Shown here: positions 62,666 to 64,000 of the stretch, in pieces
Layout: every line of letters begins with the position of its first letter
How positions within the stretch are numbered: the stretch's first letter is position 1
Assembly: GCA_977016875.1 (NCBI GenBank)
Contig: CDRNST010000124.1
Location: forward strand, 496,001 to 560,000
Length of the DNA stretch: 64,000 nucleotides
Direction: 5' to 3'
Source of the DNA: Pavona decussata
Lineage: Eukaryota
Position numbers and translations under genes: made by a program
The notes under the pieces: model-generated
Told to the model about the DNA's origin: nothing
The model's database searches: none
Seen by the model: only the letters and a program-made list of their open reading frames with translations

Positions 62666-63386
62666 TCGATTAGAGTAAAATCATCAACACTGACATTTCA
62701 ATGGTAACAAAGGCGTTTCAATAGCCATGCTTTAGGAGTTCAAAACTGAATTCATTGACAGACTGAAATGTTAGAAACGCCTTGTGCTGTGTTAGAAACA
62801 GTACCACTTGAAAGTACAGATTGGTAGCTCTCATTTATGCTTAGACTTAAGGTTCTTTTTACGAACTCAAAAGTTAGAAGAATTACCTTGTATAGTGGTG
62901 TATAAAAGCATAGTAAACAGTATCACAGGAAGGTACTGATCAGTAACTTTTGAACTTAAGGATTTCATCCACAAATTGCAAACCTTTAGAAACCAAATTT
63001 AGTGACTCAAGGTTTAAATGCATCTCTGGGAGGCATAGAGTTGAAGTGAGAGTATAAGATATTTTAAAAGGTCTGGGAAAATAGCTTTCTGTTGTTAACA
63101 ATAAACTTATAGCGTAATGTCAGCACTGAGAAATTTGACTGTTCTTGTGAATACTTTTTTAGCTAGAGATAAAGAAATACACAAAAGAAATGTTGTAGTC
63201 AGTCTTTATGGACCACATTTAATTTTTTTTCTTTTCATTGCCAATCTGACCGCTCACTGTCCTTGAATATCGGCTATGAATCCGACTGAAATATTGGTGG
63301 CAGAGGTCGCGTCCACACTATGTCCGGATAAATTTGAAAAAAAAAAACATCTTTTTTTCTCTCCGGTTTGACCTTCCGTCTACACT

Positions 63387-63516
63387 TAGCCTGTTCCAGG
63401 CTATCGGGAGACGCGAAGGAGCGGACGAGAGGAACGAAAACGAGGGGCCTCGTTTTCTCACTTCTCGTCCGCTCTTTCGTGTCTCCCGAGGTACACCGAG
63501 AGCCTGGAACAGGCTC
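63387..63516. mobile_element. TAG-ended MITE with approximately 9-bp TSD, nested
   Basis: AGCCTGTTCCAGGCT / AGCCTGGAACAGGCT; flanks GTCTACACT / GTCTACACA. Confidence 0.8.
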
Positions 63517-63557
63517 GTCTACACAAAAAAGAGCGTTTTCGACCACCGAAAGCGGAT

Positions 63558-63767
63558 TAGTCTGCGTAGCAGTCGTTTCCGTTTCCTTTAAGACAAGTGG
63601 GGCAAGCACGAAAGACGCGGGAGGGCGTTGGGCAGAAAGGAGCAAAAAAGTAGGAGCGGGGGGGGGGGGGGGAGGGGCGGCCCTCCCCCGCTCCTACTTT
63701 TTTTATCCTTTATGCCCAATTCCCTCGCGCGTCTTAAAGGGAACGAATACGACTGCTACGCAGGCTA
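63558..63767. mobile_element. TAG..CTA MITE with 37-bp TIRs and a perfect 9-bp TSD, nested
   Basis: AAAGCGGAT at 63549-63557 and 63768-63776. Confidence 0.9.
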
Positions 63768-64000
63768 AAAGCGGATCTTTTTGAAAACGTTCTCCAGAGT
63801 GGATAAATTTTTGAAAACGCCAGCTTGGTGTTTATTTTTTGCAAACGGCGAAAACAGAGCTTTTGAAAACGCTTTCCATCTGAAAACGTCAGCTTGGTGT
63901 CTTAGTGTGAACGGCGAGATCGGAGGTTTTTGAAAACGCTTTCAAAGGTGGATAAATTTGAAAACGCCGGCTTGGTATATCAGTGTGAACCGGGCAAAAA

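Larger units (their letters stand above)
63305..64000. mobile_element. Harbinger-like host element with TTTGAAAACG repeats, running off the window end
   Basis: Starts GGTCGCGTCCACAC; repeated TTTGAAAACGC units at 63779-63970; the right end is not visible. Confidence 0.55.

Overview
Eukaryotic, intron-rich animal DNA, most likely an anthozoan such as a stony coral (inferred from the repeat families and exon structures, not provable here). Four complete multi-exon protein-coding genes can be assembled by hand with GT-AG boundaries and consistent reading frames. They are golgin-84/GOLGA5 (+, 16 coding exons, 723 aa), a Na+/Ca2+ exchanger of the SLC8/NCX family (+, 4 coding exons, 919 aa), alpha-SNAP/NAPA (-, 10 exons, 291 aa) and NAA40/NatD (+, 11 exons, 237 aa). 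NAPA and NAA40 lie head-to-head across a 317-bp gap. Introns and intergenic DNA contain many non-autonomous DNA transposons (hAT-like with 5- and 6-bp target site duplications (TSDs), TAG..CTA elements with 9-bp TSDs, TTAA and TA elements), LINE 3' ends and tRNA-derived repeats. The best leads are: a circularly permuted tRNA-like repeat with Penelope-style structure; an orphan CpG-rich promoter with apparently non-coding spliced exons between NCX and NAPA; a candidate minor-spliceosome intron in GOLGA5; an NCX giant exon that would give a stop-free circle if back-spliced; altered NCX regulatory residues; and SLC8-NAPA linkage that appears shared with human. No prokaryotic-type system is present.
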